NCBI GenBank assembly: GCA_965248445.1
Contig: CBDFJG010000003.1
Coordinates: forward strand, 1,376,001 to 1,440,000
Length of the DNA stretch: 64,000 nucleotides
Reading direction: 5' to 3'
From: Planctomycetota bacterium
Lineage (GTDB): Bacteria > Planctomycetota > JAJSAM01 > JAJVHW01
In this document: piece after piece, positions 1 to 10,086 of the stretch
Position numbering within the stretch: the stretch's first letter is position 1
Layout: the number at the start of each line of letters is the position of its first letter
The notes under the pieces: model-generated
Seen by the model: the letters and a program-made list of their open reading frames with translations, nothing else
Told to the model about the DNA's origin: nothing
The model's database searches: none
Program-made: the position numbers and the translations under genes

Positions 1-138
1 GTTGTCTTTTGGCTCGTCTGCTGACGCAGACGACGCGATTCCACTCGGTCCGCCTCGGCCGGTCTTGCTCGTGCCTTCTGGCCCAACGGCTGACGCGGTT
101 GGCGCAGTTGGTGTTGGCCCCAACCCAGTGACTAGAGT

Positions 139-807
139 TTAGCGAGAGACGCCGCTCTGTGGGGTCAACGCCGCGGGGCTTGGGTCCGGCGCCGTGGGCG
201 CACGGAGCTTCCGCCACGCCAACATCGCGAGCGCACCGAGCACCACGGAGTGCGCCACGACCGGTAACCAGATTGCCGGTGCCGAGAACGCCAGCTCGGC
301 GAAGTCCGTGACGCCCTTGTCCTCGAGACCGGCGCCGCGGGCGGTCAGCGAGACGGTCGCCGTGTCGAACGCCTCGGTCGCGCGCAGGAGACCGGGAGCG
401 ACGTAGGCGCTGGCTAGCACCGCCCAGCCGATCGCCCGCGCTGCCTCGACGACGAGCGCCCACGGGAGCAGCCGGCGCAACCGCCGTTTCCCGAATGTGG
501 TAGCCGCTCCCAGAAGCACGATCGTGATGGCAAGCAACACCGCCAGACCGAGCGAGGCGAAGACGAACGGCAGCGCCACGTCGAGCGCGTCGTAGACCGG
601 GACGAACGCCACGCCGCCACCGTCTGCCTCCCCCTGGGCGAGTGCGGCGCGGCGGACCTCGAGGTCACTGAATCGGACCAGCCGAGGGAGCGTGCCGAGG
701 AGCACGAGCAGCAGCGCGTGGCCGGCCAGCGAGACGAGTCCGTAGCCCGCGGCGAGCACGCCCGTCCAGGCCGCCGGCCTCGCTCCGCTCGTGCCGTTCG
801 CGCTCAC
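139..807 (-). CDS. Hypothetical multi-pass membrane protein
   Basis: 3' part of ORF 139..1239 has about 4 hydrophobic segments; likely start is GTG at 807 after GGAGGAG. The ORF's upstream part overlaps the IS256 end. Confidence 0.6.
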   Translation of the reverse strand: MSANGTSGARPAAWTGVLAAGYGLVSLAGHALLLVLLGTLPRLVRFSDLEVRRAALAQGEADGGGVAFVPVYDALDVALPFVFASLGLAVLLAITIVLLGAATTFGKRRLRRLLPWALVVEAARAIGWAVLASAYVAPGLLRATEAFDTATVSLTARGAGLEDKGVTDFAELAFSAPAIWLPVVAHSVVLGALAMLAWRKLRAPTAPDPSPAALTPQSGVSR

Positions 808-1077
808 CCTGGCTCCTCCCGCCACCGAACCCGGTGACAACTCTCCGGGGCGGCAGCCGGGCACCGCAGCGATTTCGCGACAGGCTCTGACCCAGGCCGG
901 CACGTCCGGTCGGTCAAGCGTGAGCGGCCGGGCTTCCGATGCGAGGCCGGGAGAGAGCCGAAGCGCTCGACTCGTTTCATGCAGCGAGAAGGAACACGAT
1001 CCAGCCGGGAGGGACGCAGCGGCGCGCTCGCGCAGTGCGCGCGCTGCCAGGCGCTGGTGCGCGTGAGCGCGCCGGCC

Positions 1078-2422
1078 GGTAGCGTCCCACGAAGTGTGTA
1101 AATGCCGCGGGCCGGCGTCACCGCCGGCCGGGGCTCCGACAGACGGTCTGTCGGAGTCATCGGCTGCGATCTGTGAGTCAAACCCAGACCACAGGAGGCA
1201 GACCGATGACGCAGGAGATCGTGCGCGACGAGGGGACACTTGCCAAGGTGCTGGGGGGCCCGGAGGGGGACTTCTTGCGGGAGGCGCTCACGCGCTTCGT
1301 CCACGAGCTGATGGAGGCCGAGGCGACAGCCCGAGCCGGAGCGGAGCCGTACGAGCGCAGCGAGCTCAGGCGCGCGTACCGCAACGGACACCGGGGACGG
1401 CAGTGGCTCACGCGGCTCGGTGAGATCGCGCTGCAGGTCCCCCGGCTGCGTGACGCCAGCTACTTCCCGAGCTTCCTCGAGGCGCGCAAGCGCGGCGAGC
1501 GGGCGCTGGTGTCGGTGGTCCAGGAGGCCTACGTGCTGGGGCTCAGCACGCGCAAGGTGGACGAGCTCGTCGAGGTGATGGGCGGCACCGGCGTGTCCAA
1601 GAGCACCGTGAGCCGGCTCTGCAAGGAGCTCGACCAGGAGGCGGCCGCCTTCCGCGAGCGCCCGCTTGAGGGCGCGGTGCCCTACCTGTGGCTCGACGCC
1701 GTGTACGAGAAGGTCAGGGAAGGCGGCCACGTGATCTCGATGGCGGTCGTGCTGGCGATCGGCGTCGCCCAGGACGGCACGCGCAGCGTGATCGGCGTGG
1801 ACGTGGGCCACACCGAGGACGAGGCCTTCTGGACGAGCTTCTTGCGCTCGCTGGTGCAGCGCGGCCTGGAAGGCGTGCAACTCGTCGTCAGTGACGCGCA
1901 CGGAGGGCTGCGCAACGCGATCGGCAAGGTCCTCGTGGGCGCGACCTGGCAGCGCTGCCGCGTGCACACGATGCGCAACGTCCTGACCCACGTGCCCAAG
2001 CAGCAGCAGGCCATGGTGATGGCGGCCGTGAAGACGATCTTCGCCCAGCCGAGCCAGGAGCAGGCGCTCGCTCAGCTCGCGCAGATCGTCGAGACGCTCC
2101 GGAAGAAGTGCCCGAAGGCCGCCGACGTCCTCGAAGACGCGGCCGAGGACGTCTTGGCCTACATGGCCTTCCCGTCCGAGCACTGGCGCCAGATCCACTC
2201 GACCAACCCGCTCGAGCGCCAGAACAAGGAGATCCGGCGCCGGACCCGCGTCGTGGGCATCTTCCCCAACCGAGCGTCGCTGCTCCGACTCGTCACGATG
2301 CTGATGGCCGAGCAGCACGACGAGTGGCAGGCCGCCGAGCGGGCCTACATGAGCAAGACCTCGATGGCCAAGGTAGTGGAGTCGCTCACGCCGCCGCCGA
2401 GCTTGATGAAGGAGGTGGCCAC
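1078..2422 (+). mobile_element. IS256-family element with right end missing
   Basis: Left end GGTAGCGTCCCACGAAGTGTGTAAAT resembles IS256-type IRs; no matching right IR found after the transposase. The right boundary is approximate. Confidence 0.6.
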
Positions 2423-2600
2423 CGGGGGACCGCGACCGCGTGGGGAGTCGGCTCCGGTCGGCCCTCCGGGCCTCCCTCCGCTCGTGAGCGCCCCGCGGTC
2501 GAGGCTGAGAGAACGGGCGCTCGATCGGCCACGCAACGTGACTACAATCATGCGGTTCGGAGCTGATCCCGCGTGTGCAAGGGACCTCGCGGGGCACTGA
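1206..2600 (+). CDS. IS256 (mutator-type) DDE transposase with a probably read-through C-terminal tail
   Basis: Motifs YRNG..R...TRLGEI.LQVPRLR, LWLDA, VVSDAHGGL, WQRCRVH, STNPLERQNKEIRRRTRVVGIFPN; RBS AGGAGG before ATG 1206. Confidence 0.95.
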   Translation: MTQEIVRDEGTLAKVLGGPEGDFLREALTRFVHELMEAEATARAGAEPYERSELRRAYRNGHRGRQWLTRLGEIALQVPRLRDASYFPSFLEARKRGERALVSVVQEAYVLGLSTRKVDELVEVMGGTGVSKSTVSRLCKELDQEAAAFRERPLEGAVPYLWLDAVYEKVREGGHVISMAVVLAIGVAQDGTRSVIGVDVGHTEDEAFWTSFLRSLVQRGLEGVQLVVSDAHGGLRNAIGKVLVGATWQRCRVHTMRNVLTHVPKQQQAMVMAAVKTIFAQPSQEQALAQLAQIVETLRKKCPKAADVLEDAAEDVLAYMAFPSEHWRQIHSTNPLERQNKEIRRRTRVVGIFPNRASLLRLVTMLMAEQHDEWQAAERAYMSKTSMAKVVESLTPPPSLMKEVATGGPRPRGESAPVGPPGLPPLVSAPRSRLRERALDRPRNVTTIMRFGADPACARDLAGH

Positions 2601-2616
2601 CGCGTGGGAGGGCACC

Positions 2617-3235
2617 ATGCGCAATCGCGGATCGCGGGTCGTCGTTCTTACGGCGCTTCTCTGCGCGCTCCTTGCATCCACCGCGCGTGCCGACGGCTGG
2701 CGCCTCACGATCTCCGGCGAGCCACGCCTGGATCGTGTCGAGATCCAGCCGCTCGAACAGGCGGACAAGAAGGGCCGGAAGTTCAAGGGCTTCGGGACGC
2801 TCTTCCTCGGGGACGGCACGGAGGTGCCGCTCAAGGTCGTACGAAAGCTCAACCGCCGGAAGGGCCGCTGGCGCTTCAACCTGAAGACGCCGCGGAAGAC
2901 GAGGCCCAGGGTGTCCGTCCGCATCGACACGCCGGAGACCTCGACCGAACTGCTCAAGCTCAAGCTCACCACGAAGATCGACGGCAAGATCAAGATCCGG
3001 TCGGTGGACGGTCACACGTTCGAGTTCTGCCCGACGCCCGAGCCGGTCGGGGTGAGCACCACGATCTTCACTTCTTCGAAGTTCCTGTACGAGGGGCCGG
3101 ACGCAGTGCAGACCGGGGTCACAGACGGCGCCATCCAGCCAATGCAGGCAGCGATCGTACGTGGCGTCGTCCATGAGCGCGGCGGCGCGCCGCTCTCTGA
3201 CGTGAACGTCACGGTCCTCGGCCACACTGAGCTAG
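2617..3235 (+). pseudogene. 5' fragment of a secreted RHS/YD-repeat (teneurin-like) protein truncated by IS1380
   Basis: Signal peptide, Lys-rich domain, then FLYEGPDAVQTGVTDGAI...IVRGVVHERGGAPLSDVNVTVLGHTEL (teneurin/RHS FN-plug-like), ending at the CTAG insertion site. Confidence 0.7.
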
Positions 3236-4904
3236 CCCGAATCGTTCACCAGCCGGGAATCTGAGCGGGCCGTCGTCTGTCTAAGTGCTCGTACTCGCTA
3301 GTACTTGCACCGACAGGAGCGCCGGCCCGATGACGACAGACTGTAGCCCGCAGGGGACCCTCTTCGCGGGCATCTGTGGACGCACCGCGGTGACGCGCTT
3401 CGACGCCGGTACCGTGACGAGCGACGGGGGCGTGCTGCTGCTCGAGCGGGTCGATCGTCGCATCGATCTGCTCTCGCGGTTTGCGCGCTGCTTCGGGGAC
3501 CACCGGGACCCGCGTCGGGTCGAGCACACGGTCGGCCAGATGCTGCGTCAGCGGGTCTTCGGGCTGTGCGCGGGCTACGAGGATCTGGTGGACCACGACC
3601 ATGTCGGCAAGGACCCGCTGTTTGCCGCGGCGTGCGGCAAGCGCGAGGGTGCTCTGGCCACGCACCCGACGCTCTCGCGGCTCGAGACCACGCAGCTCGG
3701 CGCCACGGCACAGACGCGCTACGCCAAGATCGAGATGGACCAGGAGCGCGTGGACAGCGTGCTCAGCGACGTCTTCTGCGAGGCCATGGGGCCGGAGGAT
3801 CCGGGCCTGCTCGTGCTGGACCTGGACCACTCCGACGTGCGGCTGCACGGCCGGCAGGAGGGCCGCTTCTTCCACGGCTACTACGGGCACTACTGCTACC
3901 TGCCGCTGTACGTCTTCTGCGGCGAGCACCTCTTGCTCGCTCGGCTCCAGACCGCTGACAGAGATCCCGCGCGCGGAGTCGTGGACGAGCTCCGTGCGCT
4001 GGTCTTACGTCTGCGGCGCCGCTGGCCCCGGGCCAAGGTGCTCGTGCGCGCAGACTCGGGCTTTTGCCGCGAGGAGCTGATGGCCTGGTGCGAGGCCGCC
4101 GGCCACTTCTACCTGCTGGGCATGGCGCGCAATGAGCGCCTTGAGCGACACGTCGAAGACGCGCTCGATGAGGCCGCAGCCCGTGCCGTGCAGACCGGCC
4201 GAGCAGCCCGGGTCTTTCGCGACTTTGCCTGGACCACGCTGGGGAGCTGGAGCCAGAGGCGTCGCGTGGTCGCCAAGGCCGAGCACCTGCCGGGCGGCAA
4301 GCGCAATCCCCGCTTCGTGGTGACCAATCTGCCGCCTCGTAGCTGGAGCAGCAAGCGTCTCTACGAGCAGCTCTACTGCGCCCGGGGCGAGGCGGAGAAT
4401 CGCATCAAGGAGCAGCAGCTCGAGCTCTTCGGCACCCGTCTGTCGGTGCACACGATGCAGGGCAACGCCGTGCGGATGGCCATGTCGGCCATGGCCTACG
4501 TCCTGACCTGTGCGCTGCGACGCATCGGTCTCGCCGGCACCGAGATGGCGCGTGCGCAAGCCGGCACGATCCGCCTGCGGCTGCTCAAGATCGGCGCGCT
4601 CGTGCGGATCACGACGCGCCGGATCTGGGTCTCGATGTCCTCGTCGTGGCCCTGGCAGCACGTCTTCGAGCGCTGCGCGCAACGACTGCTGGCATCCCCG
4701 AAGCCGACCTGACGTCCCGCCGCGCCGTCCGCCACACCACCGCCCGGCCTACGGTCTGCCCACACCGCAGAATCCGCGCCGTTTCGGCCGCTCACTCGCG
4801 TTGCCCTTGTGGCAACGACGACAGCATCCGCCCTCGCCTGGCCAAGATCTGACCCTGTGGACTCCGAAAGCACCGTCATCGCGACGTCTCGTGAACAGAT
4901 GCGG
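3236..4904 (+). mobile_element. IS1380-family element, copy 1 (1669 bp)
   Basis: Imperfect terminal IRs CCCGAATCGTTCAC / GTGAACAGATGCGG; CTAG on both sides (3232-3235, 4905-4908); near-identical to 36805-38473. Confidence 0.95.
3330..4712 (+). CDS. IS1380-family transposase
   Basis: FDAGTVTSDGG, VLDLD, HGRQEGRFFHGYYGHYCYLPL, VRADSGF, YCARGEAENRIKEQQ. Confidence 0.95.
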   Translation: MTTDCSPQGTLFAGICGRTAVTRFDAGTVTSDGGVLLLERVDRRIDLLSRFARCFGDHRDPRRVEHTVGQMLRQRVFGLCAGYEDLVDHDHVGKDPLFAAACGKREGALATHPTLSRLETTQLGATAQTRYAKIEMDQERVDSVLSDVFCEAMGPEDPGLLVLDLDHSDVRLHGRQEGRFFHGYYGHYCYLPLYVFCGEHLLLARLQTADRDPARGVVDELRALVLRLRRRWPRAKVLVRADSGFCREELMAWCEAAGHFYLLGMARNERLERHVEDALDEAAARAVQTGRAARVFRDFAWTTLGSWSQRRRVVAKAEHLPGGKRNPRFVVTNLPPRSWSSKRLYEQLYCARGEAENRIKEQQLELFGTRLSVHTMQGNAVRMAMSAMAYVLTCALRRIGLAGTEMARAQAGTIRLRLLKIGALVRITTRRIWVSMSSSWPWQHVFERCAQRLLASPKPT

Positions 4905-5044
4905 CTAGGGCGGGGTGGGGACGCGGCGGCGGGCTGGGGTGCCTCCGCTGCGGCCTGCGGCTTCCGCTACGCGTTCGCTTGTCTCGGACCCTCCACCGGA
5001 GAGTCCTCGCGCCGCTGCACGGCGCCCTCGCTCACACCCCGCCC

Positions 5045-5560
5045 CTACGTCGCGGTCTCGGCAGGCGAGGACACCAGGCCCCAACACTCGACCCGGACTC
5101 CGTTCGGGGTCCGCAGTGATCCCTTCTTCATCGGAGCGCCCTCGCCCCAGGGCGCCGGCCGCTCGTCGAACGCGATGCCGCGGGCGTCGATCGCCTCGGT
5201 GCTGGCATCGATGTCGTCCAGCATGAAGGAGAGGTGGAACGTGTCGGACGGTGTCGCGCGACCGCCCTCGGGCACGGGCACGACGCAGAAGAAGTACGAG
5301 CGGTCGGGCGCCGCGAGCATCGTGAAGTCGGGGCTGATCGCGTTGCACTTGAAGCCGAGGCCGTCGACGAAGAAGCCGATCTCGGCCGCGTAGTCCTCGA
5401 CCTGATACGTCATGGTCGCCGTCCAGCACGAACCCCACTTGAAGGGGAACGCGGCGGACGTGTCCTTCCAGCGCTTCTGCCACTCCTCGGGTGACTTCGC
5501 GGTGGTTGCGATGTCGAGGCGCTCGGCCCCCAGTGCGTTCCAGTCGTTCCTCACCTGCAT
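5045..5560 (-). CDS. VOC/glyoxalase-family protein
   Basis: VEDYAAEIGFFVDGLGF ... HLSFMLDDIDA ... LRTPNGVRVE pattern. Confidence 0.75.
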   Translation of the reverse strand: MQVRNDWNALGAERLDIATTAKSPEEWQKRWKDTSAAFPFKWGSCWTATMTYQVEDYAAEIGFFVDGLGFKCNAISPDFTMLAAPDRSYFFCVVPVPEGGRATPSDTFHLSFMLDDIDASTEAIDARGIAFDERPAPWGEGAPMKKGSLRTPNGVRVECWGLVSSPAETAT

Positions 5561-5575
5561 GCCTGCCTCCGCGGT

Positions 5576-7444
5576 CTAGGGGGCCGAATCGCCCGGGTAG
5601 AACAGTTCGACGAACTCGTGTGGGAAGTTGCCCGCGCCCGCGGCGTCGCTGAACTCGCTGATGTAGAGGCCCACGGGCGGCCCAGCCGTGGACTGGCCCG
5701 AGCCGGGCGTCGGTGTGCCGACTGCGTCGGTCCCGGACGTCCACGACGTCGACACGCCTACCGGTGCGCCCGGCGTGCGCGCGTACGACTGATGAGCCGA
5801 TGTGAGCATCGCGATCGTTGCGCCGTCGATGGTGGTGCCCCCGTCGTTCCTCAGCGTGTACGTCTCACCGCCGTTGATGGTGGGCCACTCGGTTCCGCCG
5901 CCGGTCGTGGACTGGAAGTAGTGCACGTTGCTGCCGAGAGTCACGCCCCAGAACCGCTCGAAGTCCGACTTCGTCACGTTCCGGCCGATGACTACGTAGT
6001 CGCCCTCGGTGAGGACGGTGCTCGAGGGGAACGTGAACGTGCGCGTCGAACTCTGCTGGGTGACGCTCCAGTTCGAAATGTCGAGCGTGTCCGGCGGATC
6101 GACGACGGGCTTCTTCGTCACGGAGACGTTCGCGGAGACCGTGTCTCCGTCGAGCGTCGCCATGACGAGCCCGGCCACCGTGATATCCGCTGCCGTGAAC
6201 AGGAACCCCGCAGCAGGTGAACCCTGCGGGACCACGATGGTCGGTGGGAGCGTGCCGATCCCGTTCGTGGCGGTGAGGAACACGGTGGCGCCGCCCGGCG
6301 GGGCGTTGCCGTCGAGCGTGACCTCGAACGACTGCGTGTCCTCGCCCATCAGGTCCGCGACCGACGGGGTGATCGACACGATGTCGACGTCCACCGGCGG
6401 GGGCGTCGGGTCCCGCACGCGCTCGAGCACGCGCAGCACGTTGTCGCGGCAGAACGCCTGGCCGTCGGCGGCGATGACGGTGACCGACACCACGTCGTCC
6501 ACCGCCAGCGTGCCCGGGACCATCACGTCCACCAACGAGCCGTTGTTGAACACGCCCTGCAGCGTCGCCGGCGCGCCGCCGAGCAGCACGGTCGGTGGCG
6601 GCAAGGCGGTCACGCCCTGCGTCGCGACCCCGAGCACCTCGTCGATCGGCACCTCGGCGGGCTCGGCCGTTGCGAGGATGAAGGGCTCATCCGGCGACAG
6701 CGCGAGCTTCCCGGACGGGCGATCGGGAGGCGTCACCTTGATCTGTGCCGAGAACGATGACTCCCCCTCCTCGATTCCGACCAGCACGCCGTACATGCCG
6801 GCACCGCCGCTCAGCACCAGGTCCGTGACCGTCGCCTTGTTGCCTTTCCGGCGTAGCGACCCCAGGAGGTTCGGCGCCGTCGTGCCGTCCGGTTCGACGA
6901 CGCGGAGGATCTCGACAAGCGTGCTCTTCTTCGAGGTCTTGACCGTGATGTCGACCGTCGCACCGTCGACTCCGCCGAACGCGAGGAACTCCGACGTGCC
7001 CACTCCGTCGGAGAGATCGCGCTTCTTGAACTTCAACGGCTTGGGCGGCTTCACACGGAACTTCGCGCCGTATGCGCCTTCGCTGCCGCCCGCTCCGCGG
7101 AGCCGCACGGCGTGAAGTGCACTCGTCACGACCGTGTACGTCGGGATGCTCGCCTTGCGTCCCTTGCCGGCGGTCTTCGCACCCGCGGGGATCTCGTCTC
7201 CGTTCGCGTCAATCAGTGCGAGCTCGGGGAGGAGCCCGGACTTCTTGGCGGCCTTGACCGACACCTTCACACGTTCGCCTGCGATCAGGTGCGCTGTGAA
7301 CACGTCCTCGTCGTTCTCGCCGAGCACGTTGCGGATCTCGGAGTCGAGTCGCAACTTCCCGAACGACGGCCCGCGCGGAACGTCAGCCGGACGCGCCGCG
7401 GTGGCGAGCGCGAGCAGGACGAGAACGGGGCCGAGGGTGCGCAA
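5576..7444 (-). CDS. Secreted multidomain beta-rich protein (Lys-rich PPC-like N-terminal modules, IPT/Ig-like middle, lamin-tail-like C-terminus)
   Basis: Signal peptide; DISNWSVT...FTFPSSTVLTEGDYVVI and LYISEF...EFVEL are lamin-tail-domain-like. Confidence 0.65.
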   Translation of the reverse strand: MRTLGPVLVLLALATAARPADVPRGPSFGKLRLDSEIRNVLGENDEDVFTAHLIAGERVKVSVKAAKKSGLLPELALIDANGDEIPAGAKTAGKGRKASIPTYTVVTSALHAVRLRGAGGSEGAYGAKFRVKPPKPLKFKKRDLSDGVGTSEFLAFGGVDGATVDITVKTSKKSTLVEILRVVEPDGTTAPNLLGSLRRKGNKATVTDLVLSGGAGMYGVLVGIEEGESSFSAQIKVTPPDRPSGKLALSPDEPFILATAEPAEVPIDEVLGVATQGVTALPPPTVLLGGAPATLQGVFNNGSLVDVMVPGTLAVDDVVSVTVIAADGQAFCRDNVLRVLERVRDPTPPPVDVDIVSITPSVADLMGEDTQSFEVTLDGNAPPGGATVFLTATNGIGTLPPTIVVPQGSPAAGFLFTAADITVAGLVMATLDGDTVSANVSVTKKPVVDPPDTLDISNWSVTQQSSTRTFTFPSSTVLTEGDYVVIGRNVTKSDFERFWGVTLGSNVHYFQSTTGGGTEWPTINGGETYTLRNDGGTTIDGATIAMLTSAHQSYARTPGAPVGVSTSWTSGTDAVGTPTPGSGQSTAGPPVGLYISEFSDAAGAGNFPHEFVELFYPGDSAP

Positions 7445-7510
7445 GTCGGAGTCTCCGCGAGTCAGGACGCGCGAGAGGCGCTCCCGGACACACGTTATCG
7501 GTCTTGAGGC

Positions 7511-8254
7511 CTAGATGGACGTGTCGGAGGTGACCAGCGCGTCGGCCGGCACCTCTGGCGCGGGCAGCGCTTCGGTTCCGGTGATCGACGCCTGGCAGTG
7601 CGGGCAGGCCGATGATGCCTCGGGGTGGCGCGGCTCGTTGCAGTGCGGGCACGGCACGAACTTGGCCTGGGCGGCCTTGCGCGTCCCGATCCAGATGCCG
7701 ACCAGCAGCAGGACACCGACGGCGGCGACGATGGGCAGCACCACCGCAGAGACCGCGAGCACCGCGGCCCAGATCGACTCCGTCCCGCCGATCACGCGGG
7801 TCGACAGGCCGTCGCTCGCATCGGCGAGGGAGCCATCGACCGTGTGCTTGACGTCGGCGCGCAGCGTGTCCACGCCGAGCGCGGTACCGGCGCCGAGGAT
7901 GCCCGAGCCGACCATGAGGGCCGTGCTGTCCGAGATCGTCCCGATCTCGGCGGCCGCGACGACGAATCCGGACACGAGTTTGGGGAGCTTCAGAGACAGG
8001 TTCACGAGTTCGGGGGCGTCCGGGTTCATCTCGGCCAGCACCTCGACCACGGTCAGCACGCCGAGCACCACCATGACGATGGGGTCGGCGAGCCAGATGA
8101 ACTGGTCCGAGAGCGCGAAGAAGGGCTCCGCCCCGGCCGCGACCGTGTTCTCGGCGATGCGGTGGAGGCAGCCCAGGGCGAGGGCCGGGATGAACGCACG
8201 GTGGCCGGTGGCTCCGGCGAGCCCGGCTGCACCGAGGATGGTGGCGAGTGACAT
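7511..8254 (-). CDS. DUF4126-like membrane protein with C-terminal Zn ribbon
   Basis: GLAGATGHRAFIPALALG start, several TM helices, CPHC..CPHC. Confidence 0.65.
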   Translation of the reverse strand: MSLATILGAAGLAGATGHRAFIPALALGCLHRIAENTVAAGAEPFFALSDQFIWLADPIVMVVLGVLTVVEVLAEMNPDAPELVNLSLKLPKLVSGFVVAAAEIGTISDSTALMVGSGILGAGTALGVDTLRADVKHTVDGSLADASDGLSTRVIGGTESIWAAVLAVSAVVLPIVAAVGVLLLVGIWIGTRKAAQAKFVPCPHCNEPRHPEASSACPHCQASITGTEALPAPEVPADALVTSDTSI

Positions 8255-8453
8255 TGAGACGTCTCCTTGCCCAGGGGGAGTCTGGACCGTTCCACCCCGG
8301 TCAACCGGGGCTCCGCCGTGATGGTTCGGCGAGTTTCAGCGCACCCGGCGTACCGCCTTCGCCAGGCTCGTGTAGAGCATACGGGACGTCCTCCCCTGAG
8401 GCCGCTCAGGCTCGCAGCCGGCCCCAGACCGCGCGGCGGTCAGGGCCGGCCGT

Positions 8454-9059
8454 TCACTTGGAGAGGGCGTCGAGCGCCATGATCAGGAAGACGGTCAGCG
8501 CGACAGCGGTGATCGCCACCACGGCCGCCACGACCACCAGGACCTTCTCGACCACGTGGATGGGCAGCCGCCGGTGCTCCCGGTCGAGGTGCATGCGGTG
8601 GTACCACCAGCAGATCGCCGCGGTGCCGGCCACCACGGCGGGGGAGACCAGGATCGCCAGGAACGGGACGGCCACCGTGCCGTGGAGCGTCGCGGTCGTG
8701 ATCACGAAGAACCGGCTCAGCCAGCGGGTCAGGATGCGCCGCCCGGCCGAGTAGTGCCGCGACCACGGGACGCAGATCAGCGAGCGGCACCAGATGAAGT
8801 GGCAGATCAGGAGCGGGATCCCCGCGAGCGTCCCGATCACCGGGATGACGCCGATCACCGCGATCACGGCCACCACGATCGCGCCCTGTTTGAGACGGTG
8901 CAGGCTCTTCTCGTCGAGCTTGGCGAGGAGCGTGGGGTAGTCGTTGTCGACCGTGCGCAGCGTGCGCCCCTCGTCGTCCACCAGGGAGCGCCCGCAGTGG
9001 GGACACGCGTCGGGTCGGCGGATCGCTCGGATCCGCGTGCGGCAGTGCGGACAGTTCAC
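8454..9059 (-). CDS. Zn-ribbon membrane protein
   Basis: GTG start (NCPHC...CPHCG) then about 4 TM segments; TACCAT 6 nt upstream. Confidence 0.7.
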   Translation of the reverse strand: MNCPHCRTRIRAIRRPDACPHCGRSLVDDEGRTLRTVDNDYPTLLAKLDEKSLHRLKQGAIVVAVIAVIGVIPVIGTLAGIPLLICHFIWCRSLICVPWSRHYSAGRRILTRWLSRFFVITTATLHGTVAVPFLAILVSPAVVAGTAAICWWYHRMHLDREHRRLPIHVVEKVLVVVAAVVAITAVALTVFLIMALDALSK

Positions 9060-9195
9060 GCGGGGATGGTAGTCCTTCGACGGTGCAACTCGGGCGCGCC
9101 CCCGGCGGTTCGGCGCTGGGTCGGACTTGTGAGGGACCGAACACGCTGAGACCGAACATGGCGCGAGACCCCTCCGGGCCGTCCATAATCCGGCG

Positions 9196-10086
9196 GTGAC
9201 CGACACAGCGCGTCCCGACGCTCCTCCGGCAGTCTCCTGCCAGGGGCTGCGCCACACGTATCGCGATGCGCTCGGCCGGCGCGCCCACGAGGCGCTGCGC
9301 GGGGTGGACCTGACGGTGCGCGCGGGCGAGAGCTACGCGCTGCTCGGCCCGAACGGCTCGGGCAAGACAACGTGCCTGCGCCTCTTGCTCGGCCTGGTGC
9401 GCCCGACGGGCGGCAGCGTGGCGCTCTTCGGCCGCTCGCCGACGGAGTCCGCGGCCCGCGCGCGCGTCGGGTTCCTGCCCGAGCGCAGCGCGCTGCACCA
9501 GTTCCTGACCGCCACCGAAACGCTCGATCTGTTCGCGCGGCTGCGCGGCGTCGCGAAGTCCGATCGCAAGTCGCGCATCGACCGGCTACTGACAGAGCTC
9601 GGCCTGACGGACTTCGCCAAGCGGCGCGTGCACGCGCTCTCCCACGGCACGCGTCGCCGTCTTGCGCTGGCGACCGCTCTGATCGCGGAGCCGGAACTGC
9701 TCATCCTCGACGAGCCGACGTCCGGCATGGATCCGCTCGTGCGCGAGAAGGTGCTCGCACTCCTCCGCGCGCACCGCGAGCGCGGCGGCACGCTCCTCGT
9801 CACGTCGCACCTGCTCGGCGACATCGCGGGGATCGCAGACCGCGCGGGTCTCCTGGCGGACGGCCGGATCGTCCGCGAGGGGGACCTCGCCGAGATGCTC
9901 CGACGCGCCGGGCTGCGCCGCGCGCTCGTGCGCGGCGGCGACGACGTCGACGCGGCGCTCGGCGCTGCGGCTCTCGCCGCGGGAGGCGAGGTCGTCGAGT
10001 GCGGTCCTGCCCAAGCGACGATTGAAGAGCTCTTCCTCGAGACATATCGGCTCGAGACGTACCGCGAGAGGCAAGAGGACGCATGA
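9196..10086 (+). CDS. ABC transporter ATP-binding protein
   Basis: Walker A GPNGSGKT, LSHG signature, ILDEP, H-loop. Confidence 0.95.
   Translation: MTDTARPDAPPAVSCQGLRHTYRDALGRRAHEALRGVDLTVRAGESYALLGPNGSGKTTCLRLLLGLVRPTGGSVALFGRSPTESAARARVGFLPERSALHQFLTATETLDLFARLRGVAKSDRKSRIDRLLTELGLTDFAKRRVHALSHGTRRRLALATALIAEPELLILDEPTSGMDPLVREKVLALLRAHRERGGTLLVTSHLLGDIAGIADRAGLLADGRIVREGDLAEMLRRAGLRRALVRGGDDVDAALGAAALAAGGEVVECGPAQATIEELFLETYRLETYRERQEDA

Noticed and set aside
81..145. Possible integron attC after the first gene (GCCCAAC / GTTGGGC)
   Set aside because: Poor internal pairing, no matching RYYYAAC at the stop, and no second site or integron integrase.
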